Assembly (NCBI GenBank): GCA_001600695.1
Contig: BCKQ01000008.1
Span: 161,781 to 225,780 of the forward strand
Origin: Ascoidea asiatica JCM 7603
Lineage: Eukaryota; Fungi; Ascomycota
Reading direction: 5' to 3'
Length of the DNA: 64,000 nucleotides
Shown: positions 1 to 11,500 of the stretch, piece after piece
Position numbering within the stretch: position 1 is the first letter of the stretch
Layout of the letters: each line of letters starts with the position of its first letter
The notes under the pieces: model-generated
Database searches by the model: none
What the model was told of the DNA's origin: nothing
Seen by the model: the letters and a program-made list of their open reading frames with translations, nothing else
Program-made: the position numbers and the translations under genes

Positions 1-1
1 T

Positions 2-376
2 CATAAATTCCATTTAGATCAACAAGTTGAAGATGAAGGTAGTAATTTTTCCTTGGGAGAAAGACAATTACTAGCATTAGCTAGGGCTTTGGTACGTAAC
101 TCAAAGATACTAATATTGGATGAAGCTACATCAAGTGTTGATTATGAAACCGATTCTAAGATTCAAAATACTATTAAAACCGAATTCAAAGATTGTACAA
201 TACTATGTATCGCTCATAGATTAAGAACTATTTTGAATTATGATAAAATTTTGGTTTTAGAAAAAGGTGAAATTGAAGAATTTGATGAACCTATTAAGCT
301 TTATAATAATCCAGATGGAATTTTCAGGGAAATGTGTGATAGATCACAAATTACTCCAGCTGATTTTGAATCTTAA
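2..376 (+). CDS. YOR1: ABCC/MRP-type ABC transporter, C-terminal NBD2 (5'-truncated by window edge)
   Basis: The frame is open from base 2: HKFHLDQQVEDEGSNFSLGERQLLALARALVRNSKILILDEATSSVDYETDSKIQ...CIAHRLRTI. It contains the ABC signature, Walker B and H-loop and closely resembles Yor1. Confidence 0.9.
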   Translation, partial: HKFHLDQQVEDEGSNFSLGERQLLALARALVRNSKILILDEATSSVDYETDSKIQNTIKTEFKDCTILCIAHRLRTILNYDKILVLEKGEIEEFDEPIKLYNNPDGIFREMCDRSQITPADFES

Positions 377-867
377 GCCAAATGAATACTTCCCTTCTCA
401 ACTTTAAAAGTTTTTTTTTTCAAACATATCAATTATATTATTTTACTAAAACATTTTTTATTTTTAGCTTCTCCATTTTTATTTAATTTTTTCAGTCTAC
501 CCTTTTCAGTTTTTTAATACCTGTTTATGTTTCTCAGTTTTTATTTTTGCCATTATTTTGGACACACTTTTTAATATGTAATAATTTTTTTTAAACTCTC
601 AAAACTGTTTATAACTGTGAATTAATTGTTTATAGACCCTAATAAAAGTTGTTTTCCTTTCTAATACTTTTTAAATCATTTCCTTTGTAAAAAAACTGAT
701 CTTGCTATATTCTGAGAAGGCTTTAACTTTACTCCAGTTTAAATTTGTAGTATCAAACAGAAATCAATAATTCCATATTAAAAAATAAGCAATTCTATTT
801 ACAGTGTACTTAAAAAGAATATTTGTTATAAATTATTAACGAGCTAGTTATTATTATCAATGAATTT

Positions 868-1335
868 TTAAATTGACCTTACATTAGAAGAAAAATGATT
901 TTCTGTAGAGCCTGTTATAGGAGAATCATTAGTATTTTGATCTTCTAAATCAATTAAAGTAAAATTATTTTTTAATTCTAAAAGATCATATTTATTAATA
1001 TATTTTGATGAAATACCATATAAAATGAAAATAGATTCGTAAATTAAATAATAATATAATTTAGCTTTAATTAATAGGAGAATTTCATAGAAACAAGAAT
1101 TTAAGAAAAAAACATTGATGAATGAGTTTTGGACATAAATGAGATAATAATCTTTTAATGGTATAATAATAAGATTATCCAAATCAGTTACACTACTTTT
1201 ATCATCAATGCATTTAACTATCATGGGAAATGAATTTATCAATATAATACTTGTGATATCTGGAGATAAATTTCCAATTCTTTCTAGGTCTTCACCTTTT
1301 TCTGGATGATTTGCATCTGGATGATTAGTTATCAT
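868..1335 (-). CDS. Hypothetical protein, 155 aa; 5' end uncertain
   Basis: ATG-initiated 155-codon ORF in AT-rich DNA, which is unlikely by chance. The frame stays open up to 1395. No family recognised. Confidence 0.45.
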   Translation of the reverse strand: MITNHPDANHPEKGEDLERIGNLSPDITSIILINSFPMIVKCIDDKSSVTDLDNLIIIPLKDYYLIYVQNSFINVFFLNSCFYEILLLIKAKLYYYLIYESIFILYGISSKYINKYDLLELKNNFTLIDLEDQNTNDSPITGSTENHFSSNVRSI

Positions 1336-1949
1336 AACAAATATACTTTTTCCAAATGTTAGTTTGTCGCCAAATAAAAACCAATTTTCACACTCTCAAG
1401 CAATTCTTTTATCCAGGAATAGTAACGTTATAATAGCAATAGTAAGTTAGACCGATGGCAGATAGCTTGACTGCGGGGTAGTTTGCTGACCGAAACTGAA
1501 TCCATTTTCTCGGAAGCCAAAAGTCACGGCATTATTTCCGGAAGTGGTTTTTCCTTTTTAGGGAATGTAGCTTTTGTAGACCCCTGGTATAGTCTTTCGC
1601 CACAACAGCCAGACCCCAAAGCCAGACCGCAGACCACAGACCCCAGATAGAACCAGCACATACTTTGCTTGTCCAATCCGTGTCGTATTGTGGAGGCTTT
1701 TGGAGTTTACAAAAGGAGTTCCGTATACCTGGCGCCGATCTTTCAAAAATACTAGGCGGGTAAAACGAAACTAAAATCAATTTTGAGAGCACAGCAAAAC
1801 TATCGAGGGCCATTGTTCTTGAATTTCATTTGATCTATCTGATTTATTTGATTTTTTTATTTGATTTATTCTTGTGATCAATATTCTTTGAATTGTTTAT
1901 ATTCAATTATTATTGAAAGTAGTTTTGTTAGTTGTTATTGTTTTTTGTA

Positions 1950-3593
1950 ATGCCTTTACATATATTGGGATCTTTAATAATTGATGGACCTGATAAGATT
2001 CCATATTGGAGTTATATTAAAGTCATAGTTCCAATTATTTTAACCATAGCTTCAGTGAAATATTATTTTGCCGGCGCTAGAAATTCATGGGAAAGAGATT
2101 TACATGGAAGAGTTTATATAGTAACAGGAGGTACATCAGGTTTAGGTGCGACAGTGGCAAAAGAATTGGCTTCAAGAGGTGCTCAATTAATTTTATTAGT
2201 TAAAAATTTGAATGATACTTGGCTAATTGATTATATTGATGATTTAAGAAGAGAAACAGATAATATTTTAATATATGCAGAAGAATGTGACTTTAATTCT
2301 CTTTATTCTGTTAGAAAATTTGCAACAACTTGGATTGATAATACTCCTCCAAGAAGATTGGATGGTATAATATCATGCGCTGCAGAATCTTTACCAATTG
2401 GTAAATTAAGACAATTATCAATTGATGGTGTTGAAAAACAAATACAAATTAATTATCTATCAACTTTTCATCTTATAAATTTAATCTCTCCTTCATTAAA
2501 ATCTCAACCACCTGATAGAGATGTTAGAATTATTTTAATAACTTGTTTATCTCAAGTTTTTGGTCAAATTGATTTAAATGATTTATTATGGCAAAAAAAG
2601 AAATATCCAATAAATTCACCATGGAAAATTTTTGGTACTTCAAAATTATTATTATCATGTTTTGCAAAAGAATTTCAAAACAGAATTAATTCATATGAAA
2701 GAAATGATAAATTACCATGTAATATTACAATTCAAGTTATTAATCCAGGTTTAATGAGATCTCCTTCAACAAAAAGATTTTTATCTTTTGGTTCTTTAAT
2801 TGGTTTAATTTTTTATATTTTGTTTTATCCAATATTCTGGATTTTTCTAAAATCAACTTTTCAAGGTTCTCAATCAGTTTTTTATGCAATTATGAATCCA
2901 GATTTTATTAATAGAAAACAAACTTTTTTTATTCAAGAATGTTCAGTATTGAAAAATTTCTCAAGACCTGAATTAAATGATAGTGAATTAATTAAAAATG
3001 TTTTTGATAAAACTGAAAAATCAATTTTAGAAATTGAAAAACAATCTGCAATTATTAGAAATAATGAAAAAAAATTGAATGAGAAAAGTAAGGATAATAC
3101 TAGTAAAAATAATAAAAGTAATAAAAAGAAAAATAAGAAAACAAATACAAATACAAATACAAAAGAAAAATTAAAAAATAATAATGATTTATCATCTAAT
3201 TCTGATAAAAATAAAGATAAAGATTCTAAAAAGAAAAAAAAGGAAATAACGGCAGAAGATTTGAAACCATATGACCCAGTCTTAGATGGCTTTATAGACA
3301 GATTGAAAGAAAAAGGATCATTTCCATTATCTTCGATGTCAAATAATTCAAATAATCTAAAAGAACCATCATTATTTGATATAAATTCAAATACTATTAA
3401 TGCTACTAATAATAATGATAAAAGTAATAGTCAATCTAATAATAAATATTTAAAACAATTAGAAGAGAAGTATAATAAATCAAGAGGTCAATTTGGATCA
3501 AAAGCTGTTAATAAAGTTAATTCATTATCAGAAAGTAATGAAAATGAAAAACCATCTATAGTTTCAAATCCTTTTACATCCCGTAAGACATGA
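1950..3593 (+). CDS. PBR1: ER short-chain dehydrogenase/reductase-like protein (YNL181W family) with Lys/Asn-rich C-terminal tail
   Basis: Starts MPLHILGSLIIDGPDKIPYW at ATG 1950 (the ORF track uses an upstream TTG). Contains WERDLHGRVYIVTGGTSGLG (Rossmann fold) and RKFATTWIDNTPPRRLDG, typical of Pbr1/YNL181W. Confidence 0.88.
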   Translation: MPLHILGSLIIDGPDKIPYWSYIKVIVPIILTIASVKYYFAGARNSWERDLHGRVYIVTGGTSGLGATVAKELASRGAQLILLVKNLNDTWLIDYIDDLRRETDNILIYAEECDFNSLYSVRKFATTWIDNTPPRRLDGIISCAAESLPIGKLRQLSIDGVEKQIQINYLSTFHLINLISPSLKSQPPDRDVRIILITCLSQVFGQIDLNDLLWQKKKYPINSPWKIFGTSKLLLSCFAKEFQNRINSYERNDKLPCNITIQVINPGLMRSPSTKRFLSFGSLIGLIFYILFYPIFWIFLKSTFQGSQSVFYAIMNPDFINRKQTFFIQECSVLKNFSRPELNDSELIKNVFDKTEKSILEIEKQSAIIRNNEKKLNEKSKDNTSKNNKSNKKKNKKTNTNTNTKEKLKNNNDLSSNSDKNKDKDSKKKKKEITAEDLKPYDPVLDGFIDRLKEKGSFPLSSMSNNSNNLKEPSLFDINSNTINATNNNDKSNSQSNNKYLKQLEEKYNKSRGQFGSKAVNKVNSLSESNENEKPSIVSNPFTSRKT

Positions 3594-3775
3594 AAGACAT
3601 GAATCATTACTTGATCATATATATATTCTTATTGGTATATTCAAGTTTATATATATAATTGTAATATATTTTTAAAATTAATTTAATTTCTTCATTCAAT
3701 TAAATTTAATTACATTTATTTAAAAAAGTAGAATTGATTTGAAGTTATTAATAATTTTATTTACAAAAAAGGAAA

Positions 3776-3783
3776 GTCACGTG
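3776..3783 (+). promoter_or_regulatory. Cbf1-type E-box GTCACGTG upstream of TIF6
   Basis: Exact RTCACGTG in an otherwise almost GC-free intergenic region, followed by RRPE-like TGAAATTTT/TGAATTTTTT tracts. Confidence 0.55.
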
Positions 3784-4132
3784 CCTTTAAATATTTTTTT
3801 TATTTTAAAAAAACTGAATTTTTTGATTGAAATTTTATTTTATTTTTGAAATTTTATTTTAAAATGATAGTGAGTTTATTATTAAAGGATTAATAATTTT
3901 GAAAATTAGCTCTCTTTTATAGATCACATACTCTAAATTAAAATATAAAGAAATAAATATTTATATATATATAGATTGATAGATATCTTTTCATTAATTA
4001 TTTGCATTTACTAAATATTTATTTTCTTTTCATTAATAACTATATCAAGAATTTAATTGTATTTAAAATCATATTTTATAGCTACTATACACTAATACTA
4101 ATACTATATTCAAATAATAAAGATAAATAAGA

Positions 4133-4870
4133 ATGGCTAGTAGAACACAATTTGAAAATTCCAATGAAGTTGGAGTATTTTCAAAATTAACTAATTCATA
4201 TTGTTTAGTTGCAGTTGGAGGATCAGAAAATTTCTATTCAGCATTTGAAGCAGAATTAGGAGATGTTATTCCAATAATCCATACAACTATTGCTGGATCA
4301 AGAATCATTGGTAGAATGACAGTTGGTAATAGAAGAGGATTATTAGTTCCACAACAAACAACAGATCAAGAATTAATGCATATACGAAATTCATTACCAG
4401 ATTCTGTTAAAGTACAAAGAATTGAAGAAAGATTATCAGCATTAGGTAATGTAATTTGTTGTAATGATTATGTTGCTTTAGTTCATCCAGATATTGAAAG
4501 AGAAACCGAAGAAATTATTGCAGATGTTCTTGGTGTTGAAGTATTCAGACAAACAATTGCAGGTAATGTACTTGTTGGAAGTTATTGTTCTTTAAGTAAT
4601 CATGGTGGTTTAGTTCATCCTCAGACTTCAATCGAAGATCAAGCAGAACTTAGTTCATTATTACAAGTACCATTAGTTGCAGGAACTGTGAATAGAGGTT
4701 CATCAGTTGTTGGAGCAGGAATGGTGGTTAATGATTGGTTAGCAGTTGCTGGATCAGATACAACTGCAACAGAATTAAGTGTCATTGAAAGTATTTTCAG
4801 ATTAGAAGAAGGTCGTCCTGAAGCACTAGGAAATAACTTGAGAGATACTCTTATTGAAACATATTCATAG
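4133..4870 (+). CDS. TIF6: Translation initiation factor eIF6
   Basis: 245 aa, [42 protein letters not shown]...[10 protein letters not shown]; near-identical to fungal eIF6. Confidence 0.98.
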   Translation: MASRTQFENSNEVGVFSKLTNSYCLVAVGGSENFYSAFEAELGDVIPIIHTTIAGSRIIGRMTVGNRRGLLVPQQTTDQELMHIRNSLPDSVKVQRIEERLSALGNVICCNDYVALVHPDIERETEEIIADVLGVEVFRQTIAGNVLVGSYCSLSNHGGLVHPQTSIEDQAELSSLLQVPLVAGTVNRGSSVVGAGMVVNDWLAVAGSDTTATELSVIESIFRLEEGRPEALGNNLRDTLIETYS

Positions 4871-5590
4871 ACTTTCAAGCTTTTATTTTTATTTCTTCTC
4901 GTCATAATAAATCAGTAATCTAATAAACATTTGATGTTAAGTAACTTTACTGTAGCGCTACACAAATACTGATAATTTTGGGCAGAGGTAAACTTTCGAA
5001 TAAGTAGTAACCGTTACACTGGTACACCCAGCCTGGAGGTAGCACCAGCACGACGGTACTACCATTGTTATGTGCCACCGTATACTAAAAGTATCATGAT
5101 ATACCCATTGCCATGGCCCGTGGTTCTTGCTGAGTGCCTGTTGCCCCTTTCGGTCGTCTTTGGCAACTGCGGGTCTGGTCCTGATCTCAGCTCTGCTAGC
5201 TTAATAAATTATTTAGACTCCATTTCCACTTCATTTCTTTGCGCTAGTGAGATTTAGAGACTCTGAGATCTCAGGGAGAAAATAAAATATATTTGACTTG
5301 ATAAGCTTAGATTTAGATTTTGGATAAAGAAACTAAATTTATTTAATATTACATTGCTCGATAATTCCATTGATCAATTCAATTGATTAGATAAAAGTAA
5401 TTAATATTATTACTGAAGATAAACATTATTTTCATTCAATCAATAATCAATGTATTCAATTATCTAATGTTCATAAAAATTGATTCGAAACTGATTATTA
5501 TCTTAAATTGTTATTTTAAATTATTTCCTTAAATTATTTTTTGAACAATTCATATAAATAATAGTTAAACCGCTGAATAATAATCAAAAA

Positions 5591-8500
5591 ATGTTAGAAT
5601 CTTTAATTGCAAATCTCTTAAATAGAATTTTAGGTGATTATGTTCAAAATTTTGATTCAAATCAATTAAATGTTGGAATTTGGAGTGGTGATGTAAAATT
5701 AAAGAATTTAAAATTAAAAAAAGAATCTTTGGATCATTTTAATTTACCAATTGATGTTAAATATGGGTTTTTAGGTCAATTGACTTTAAATATCCCATGG
5801 TCAAATTTAAAATCAAAACCAGTAAAAATTTTAATTGAAAATTTATATTTATTAGCAAATCCTTCAAATTTTAATAATTTAGATTTTGATGATTATGAAA
5901 AAAGAAAACTTAATTTGAAAAAACAAATTTTAAAAGATTTAGAAACAATAAATTTGAATAAAAAAACTCTCAATAATTCTTCAATTCAATCAAATACAAA
6001 TAATGATGACAATATTAAAAAAAATGAAACTTTCACGGAAAGTTTAATCAACAAAATTGTTGATAATTTACAAGTTACTATTAAAGATATTCATATAAGA
6101 TATGAAGATTTTGATACTTTTACTTTAAATCCTTATTCAATTGGTATAACTTTAAATGAATTATCTGCTATTTCGGCTGATGAGAATTATATACCAAATT
6201 TCATAAATTCTTCAACCTCATTTTCTCATAAATTAATAACTCTAAAAAATTTAGGTTCTTATTGGATAACGGATTCTGATCCAATTGATCCTATTTTTTT
6301 CAATAATAGTGATATTAATAATGATAATCTGGAAAATAAATTAATTGATGATAGTAATAATGATCAATTAATAAACAAATTTAATAGTTTAATAGCAAAA
6401 AATATCGAAGAAATTAATTCAAATCATGAATATATTTTGAAACCTGTAAGTGGTATAGGAAAAATTAAATTAAATAAAGAAGGTTCAACAGATTCTGATC
6501 CTTATATATCTTCAGAATTATCTTTTCAAGAATTTTCTTTGAATTTAAATTCAAATCAATATAGAGATATTTTGACAACAATGACAAATTATAATTATTT
6601 TTTAAAAACTTTCAAATTCAAAAAATTTAAACCTTCAAAAGAATTAACTCCAAAAAAATATCCAAAATTATGGTTTAAATATGTTGCAAATTGTGTTTTA
6701 AATGAAATTCATGAAAAAAATTATAAATGGACATGGGAATTTTTTAAGAAAAGAAGAGATAATAGATTATTATATATAAAATTCTATAAAATCAAATTAT
6801 CTTATCTTGAAAAAAATGATGAGGCTAATATTCCAATTAGTGTTATTAAAATTTTATCTGACATTGAAGAATCTGATTTATCTATTGAAGATTTAAAACT
6901 TTATGGAGCTTTAGCAAGAACTCAATATAGAAAAGATAAAATTCAATCACCTTCAAAAATTGATAATAGCGATGAAAATACAATTGAAAATACTAATGAA
7001 AACTCAATTGAAAATACTAATGAAAATTTTAGTACTGCTTCTGAAAATTCAATTGAAAATAATTCTACTGAAATTGAGAATGTAAATGAAAGTATTCCTA
7101 AAATTCAAAACCAAAATCAGGTTCAAAATGAAAATCAAGGCTGGCTTGGCCGTTGGTGGTATGGTTCAAAACCTTCAGAAAATAATTCAACCAATTCGGC
7201 TAATAATAATTCAGATGATTCTAATGAAAATTTAGAGACCAACCAGCTGATGATAACAGAAGAACAAAAAAAAGAACTTTATGCTGCAATTGAATTTGAT
7301 GAAAAAGAATCTTTAAAAGAAGCAATTGAAATTCCAAAAGATAGAATAACTATGAAATTAAATGCAAATTTAGAATCCGGATCCTTTAATATTCAAGAAT
7401 GTATTTGTAATCATAATAATAAAAATAATACCAATACCGATAAAATTGATAAAAAAATCAAAGAACTTGCAAAAGTTGGTTGGGAAGGATGCTCTTTTCA
7501 ATTATTGCAAAGACCAGAATCTTCCATAACTTCTTTTTCTATGGAAGTATTTAAAATTGAAGATAATCATGTTCAAGATAGCTTATATAAGGATATTGTT
7601 AGTGTAAAATCTTTAAATTCAAGAATTCAAAATCTGGAAAATTCTCAAGATTTATCTCAAGAAGATTCTCAACCTTTTTTCAATGTATCTTTTGAATGCA
7701 ATCCATTAGATAATAGTGCTGATTCTATTCTTAAAAGTGAAATGAGAAGTATGACAATTTTTTATAATATTGATTTTGTTACAAGAATTATGAAATTTTT
7801 CAAGCCTCCTAAACAACATCTTGAAACCGTTGGAGCAATTATAAATGCAGCTGAATCAACTGTTGAAACTTTCACTGAACAAACTAGATTAAATCTTCAA
7901 TATGCTTTAGAAGAGCATAAAACCATGAAAACTGATTTAAATTTACAAGCTCCTTTAATTATTTTTCCACTTGAACCAACAAATTGGCAATCACCATGTG
8001 GAATTATTGATGCAGGCCATATAATTGTAACTAGTGATTTAATTGACCAGCAAACTGCTAAAGAATTGAAGCAAAAAGATTCTAGTGATTATAAAGAAGA
8101 AGACTGGAATATCATGGAAAAGCTCATGTATGATAAATTCAACTTAAGTTTAGAAGACGCTCAGATTTTAATTGGACCATCAGTCAAATCAACCATCGAA
8201 CAATTACAAAATGATGGTTTCTCAACCCAACAAAAACCTGCATTGGTTTTAGATAAATTAAATACAGATTTCTTAGTACAAATTTGTATAATACCTCAAG
8301 ATTTGAATTTATCAAAAATAAAAATATCTGGAAATATGTCAGAATTCAAAGTTTTAATGTCTGATTATCAATATAAAGTTATGATGCAGTTAATTGATAA
8401 ATGCATTCCTGATTTTGATATGGATGATGATCCTACGGATCATATAAATTCTCAAGATTTAAGTATTTCAGATTATAACTTAGGAGTTGATGAATCATTA

Positions 8501-11500
8501 GTAGATAGTTTTGATAACACTTCTTCTAATCAATCTCAAACAGCTTCTCATATTCTAGCGGAAAATCAGCATATAGTTGATTTTGACTTTAAAGTAGATA
8601 TGATACAACTTTCATTAAAAAAATGCTTCAATGGGAAAACGCTTGAAAGTGATCCTATAGTTGATATTTTTGGTCAAAACTTCAGATTAGATTTTTTCAA
8701 AACTGGAAAAGGAATGAATGCTGATGTTATTTTGAGTGATATTGATATTATTGATAAAATTGATAAGGAAACTTCAGAAGAATTTCAAGCTTTAATATCT
8801 TCCAAAAATTTCTCTTCTGTTGACAATGTAAGTGAAGTTAAAGATTTATTTACTGTAAAATATAAGCGGTCAATTCGTGTTGTGGATTTCAAGGGTAAAA
8901 AAATAGAGGTAAATGATCAAGATGTCGATTTAAATATTTCAGCTGTGAAAGCTATAATTACAAGAAAATCATGGTTGACAATTATTAACTTTTGTATAAC
9001 TACATTTACAGATCCAAATCCTCCAGAAACTCCAGCAGATGCTTTGAGACATAACGATCCAAATGCATTAGAAGCACCGGGAAAAATTAATGTGAATGTC
9101 AACATGGAGAGAATCATTTTCCTTTTGAATGATGAAGGGATAAAGCTTGCAACTTTACAATTAACTAAGGGTGAAATTGATGTTTTGGTTCTTCCTGATT
9201 CTATGAAAGTTTTATTCAAATTAGGTGCGCTTACTTTACATGACGAAGTTAATCTTGGATCTTCAAGGGATTCCACTGTCAGAAAATTAATCAGTATTGA
9301 AGGTGACAACTTAATGGAAATAGCATATGAATCTTTTGATCCTGCTACCAACTCAAATTATTATGATACCTCTGTGATTGTGAAAACTGGCTCAATCAAA
9401 GTTAATTTCATTGAGCAACCTATAAAAAGATTATTATTATATTTAAGTCAACTTCTAAGAATGAAGGCATTTTTTGATTCTGCCAGAGATGCAGCTTTTA
9501 ACCAGGTAAACTCTTTACCAGCCAAAATGCATTATTCTATTTTTATAGAGACTCCTATTATTGTCTTTCCAAAATTAGTCAGACTGTCAGGAATTTATGA
9601 TAATGTAACTGCATATCCAGGTGAAATTCATTTAAGTAATTCTTTTGTTCCCAAAGATGAAAGTTTTTTGAATATCATTTCCATTGATGTAAAATCTACA
9701 AGATTGACCTCTTGCTTCTATTTTGATGATCACATTCAGTCTCTCGAGATTTTAAAGGATCTAGATCTTGGATTTAAAATAGATTGTGGTGATGAAGCTA
9801 AACCTGAAGTGAATAGGCCCTCTAAAATAATTACTGGTTCCATGGAAGATGTAGAAGTTAATTTAACAGAAAGTCAACTTAAATACCTAATGGAGTTAGT
9901 AAGAACAGTTCCCGAAGTCTTTAACTATAATGATACAGAGCCTATGACAGATATCGCAGATGCAGCAGCAAATGCAGCCATTGTTGTTGCACCAAAATCA
10001 GCATCGACTATGTCTAACAATACTCCATCTATATCGAGGACTCCAACTCCCTGTGCAAACTCGAAAGATGAATACCCTCTGTCTGATCTTTCAATTGACT
10101 TTTCCTGGGTTGTTTCTAAAGTTGCTCTAACTATTTTTCACAAAGTTAAATTAGGTAAGAAATTTCAGAATTCCCAGTTGTCTAGATTTGCTTTGAATGA
10201 TACTGGTGTGAAGTTTAAACTCAAGAATGACGGTACTTACAAATCGGACTTACATATAAAGTCATTTACAGTAGAAGATATTCGGAAGTCGAAACTGAAT
10301 AAATTTTCGGAGATTATTCCAGTGGTGAACCATGAAGGCTATCAATTCATGGCTTCGATTTCTTCTAAAGGAGAAAACCAAACTAACATAATGTTAACAG
10401 TGGATAGCCCAAAATTAATTTTAGCCTTAGATTATATTTTTGCTGTACTCAAGTTCGCTCAAACAGGACTTGGCTTAGATGATTCTATAGGAAACAAAGA
10501 ACTAGATTCATCAGAAGAGCAAAAAATAACCGAAGTAACTTCCAAATCAGTAATGAGTCCTATAAATGAAGTTAAAAGTGAAAACAGCTCAAATAAGCTC
10601 TCTTATATTATCAATATTGTGGATCCTTCTGTTATATTGTTGGCAGATCCTAATTCAGCTGACTCAGATGCTATTGTATTTACTCTAAACCAATTTGTTG
10701 TCTCCAGTCATAATCTTTCAACTATAACAGCAAATAATGTTGGATTATTTTTATGCAAAATGAGTCAATTTGATGAAACCCAGATTCGAATTATTGACGA
10801 CTTTTCATGCTCATTTTCCTTGGACCAGAGAGGTTCAACACCAAATAATTTGTTGACTCAAATTCAAATATCTGTTGAACCATTGATAATGAGATTATCT
10901 TTGAGAGATATTCGATTGGCCATAACAATTATGAATAAGGCTTATGAACTAGCTGGCTTTACAGGAACTCCGAATAATGAAGAGCATAAAAGCCCCCCTG
11001 ATTTAGAGCAATTTTTACTCTCGGGAGATCTAAAGAAAAAGGTATCTCAATATGCACCATCAATTTTATCTTCTATTTCAAAGGAAAATCAAAGAGCTAA
11101 TAGTAACGCTGTCTCAACTCTTGTTTCTTGCACTGAAGAATTAGGTGCCGATATTCAAGGTTTAAGATTAGTTCTTATTGGGGATGTCCATGAATTGCCT
11201 GTTTTAGATATTACTGTCAAACCATTTTCTGTTGCTGCAAAAAATTGGTCCACAGACATTATGATGGATACTAAGCTTGAGTCTTTTGTCAATATATTCA
11301 ATTACGCTACATCATCATGGGAACCATTAATTGATCCATGGCCATTGATTGTACACGCCAGTCAAACCAGAAAATCCGACAAAGATAAAGCTACATTTAA
11401 TCTTGATATAATTTCAAGAGCTTTAGCTGATGTAACAGTAAGTTCAAGATCGGTTGTTTTGCTTTCCCAGATTTTTAGTTTGCTATCTCTCGAAAAAGAA

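Noticed and set aside
1346-1663. Intron (GTATGT...AACTAAC...AAG, minus strand) extending the 868-1335 ORF
   Set aside because: The only phase-compatible upstream frame has no ATG before a stop. It could still be a UTR intron but cannot be supported here.
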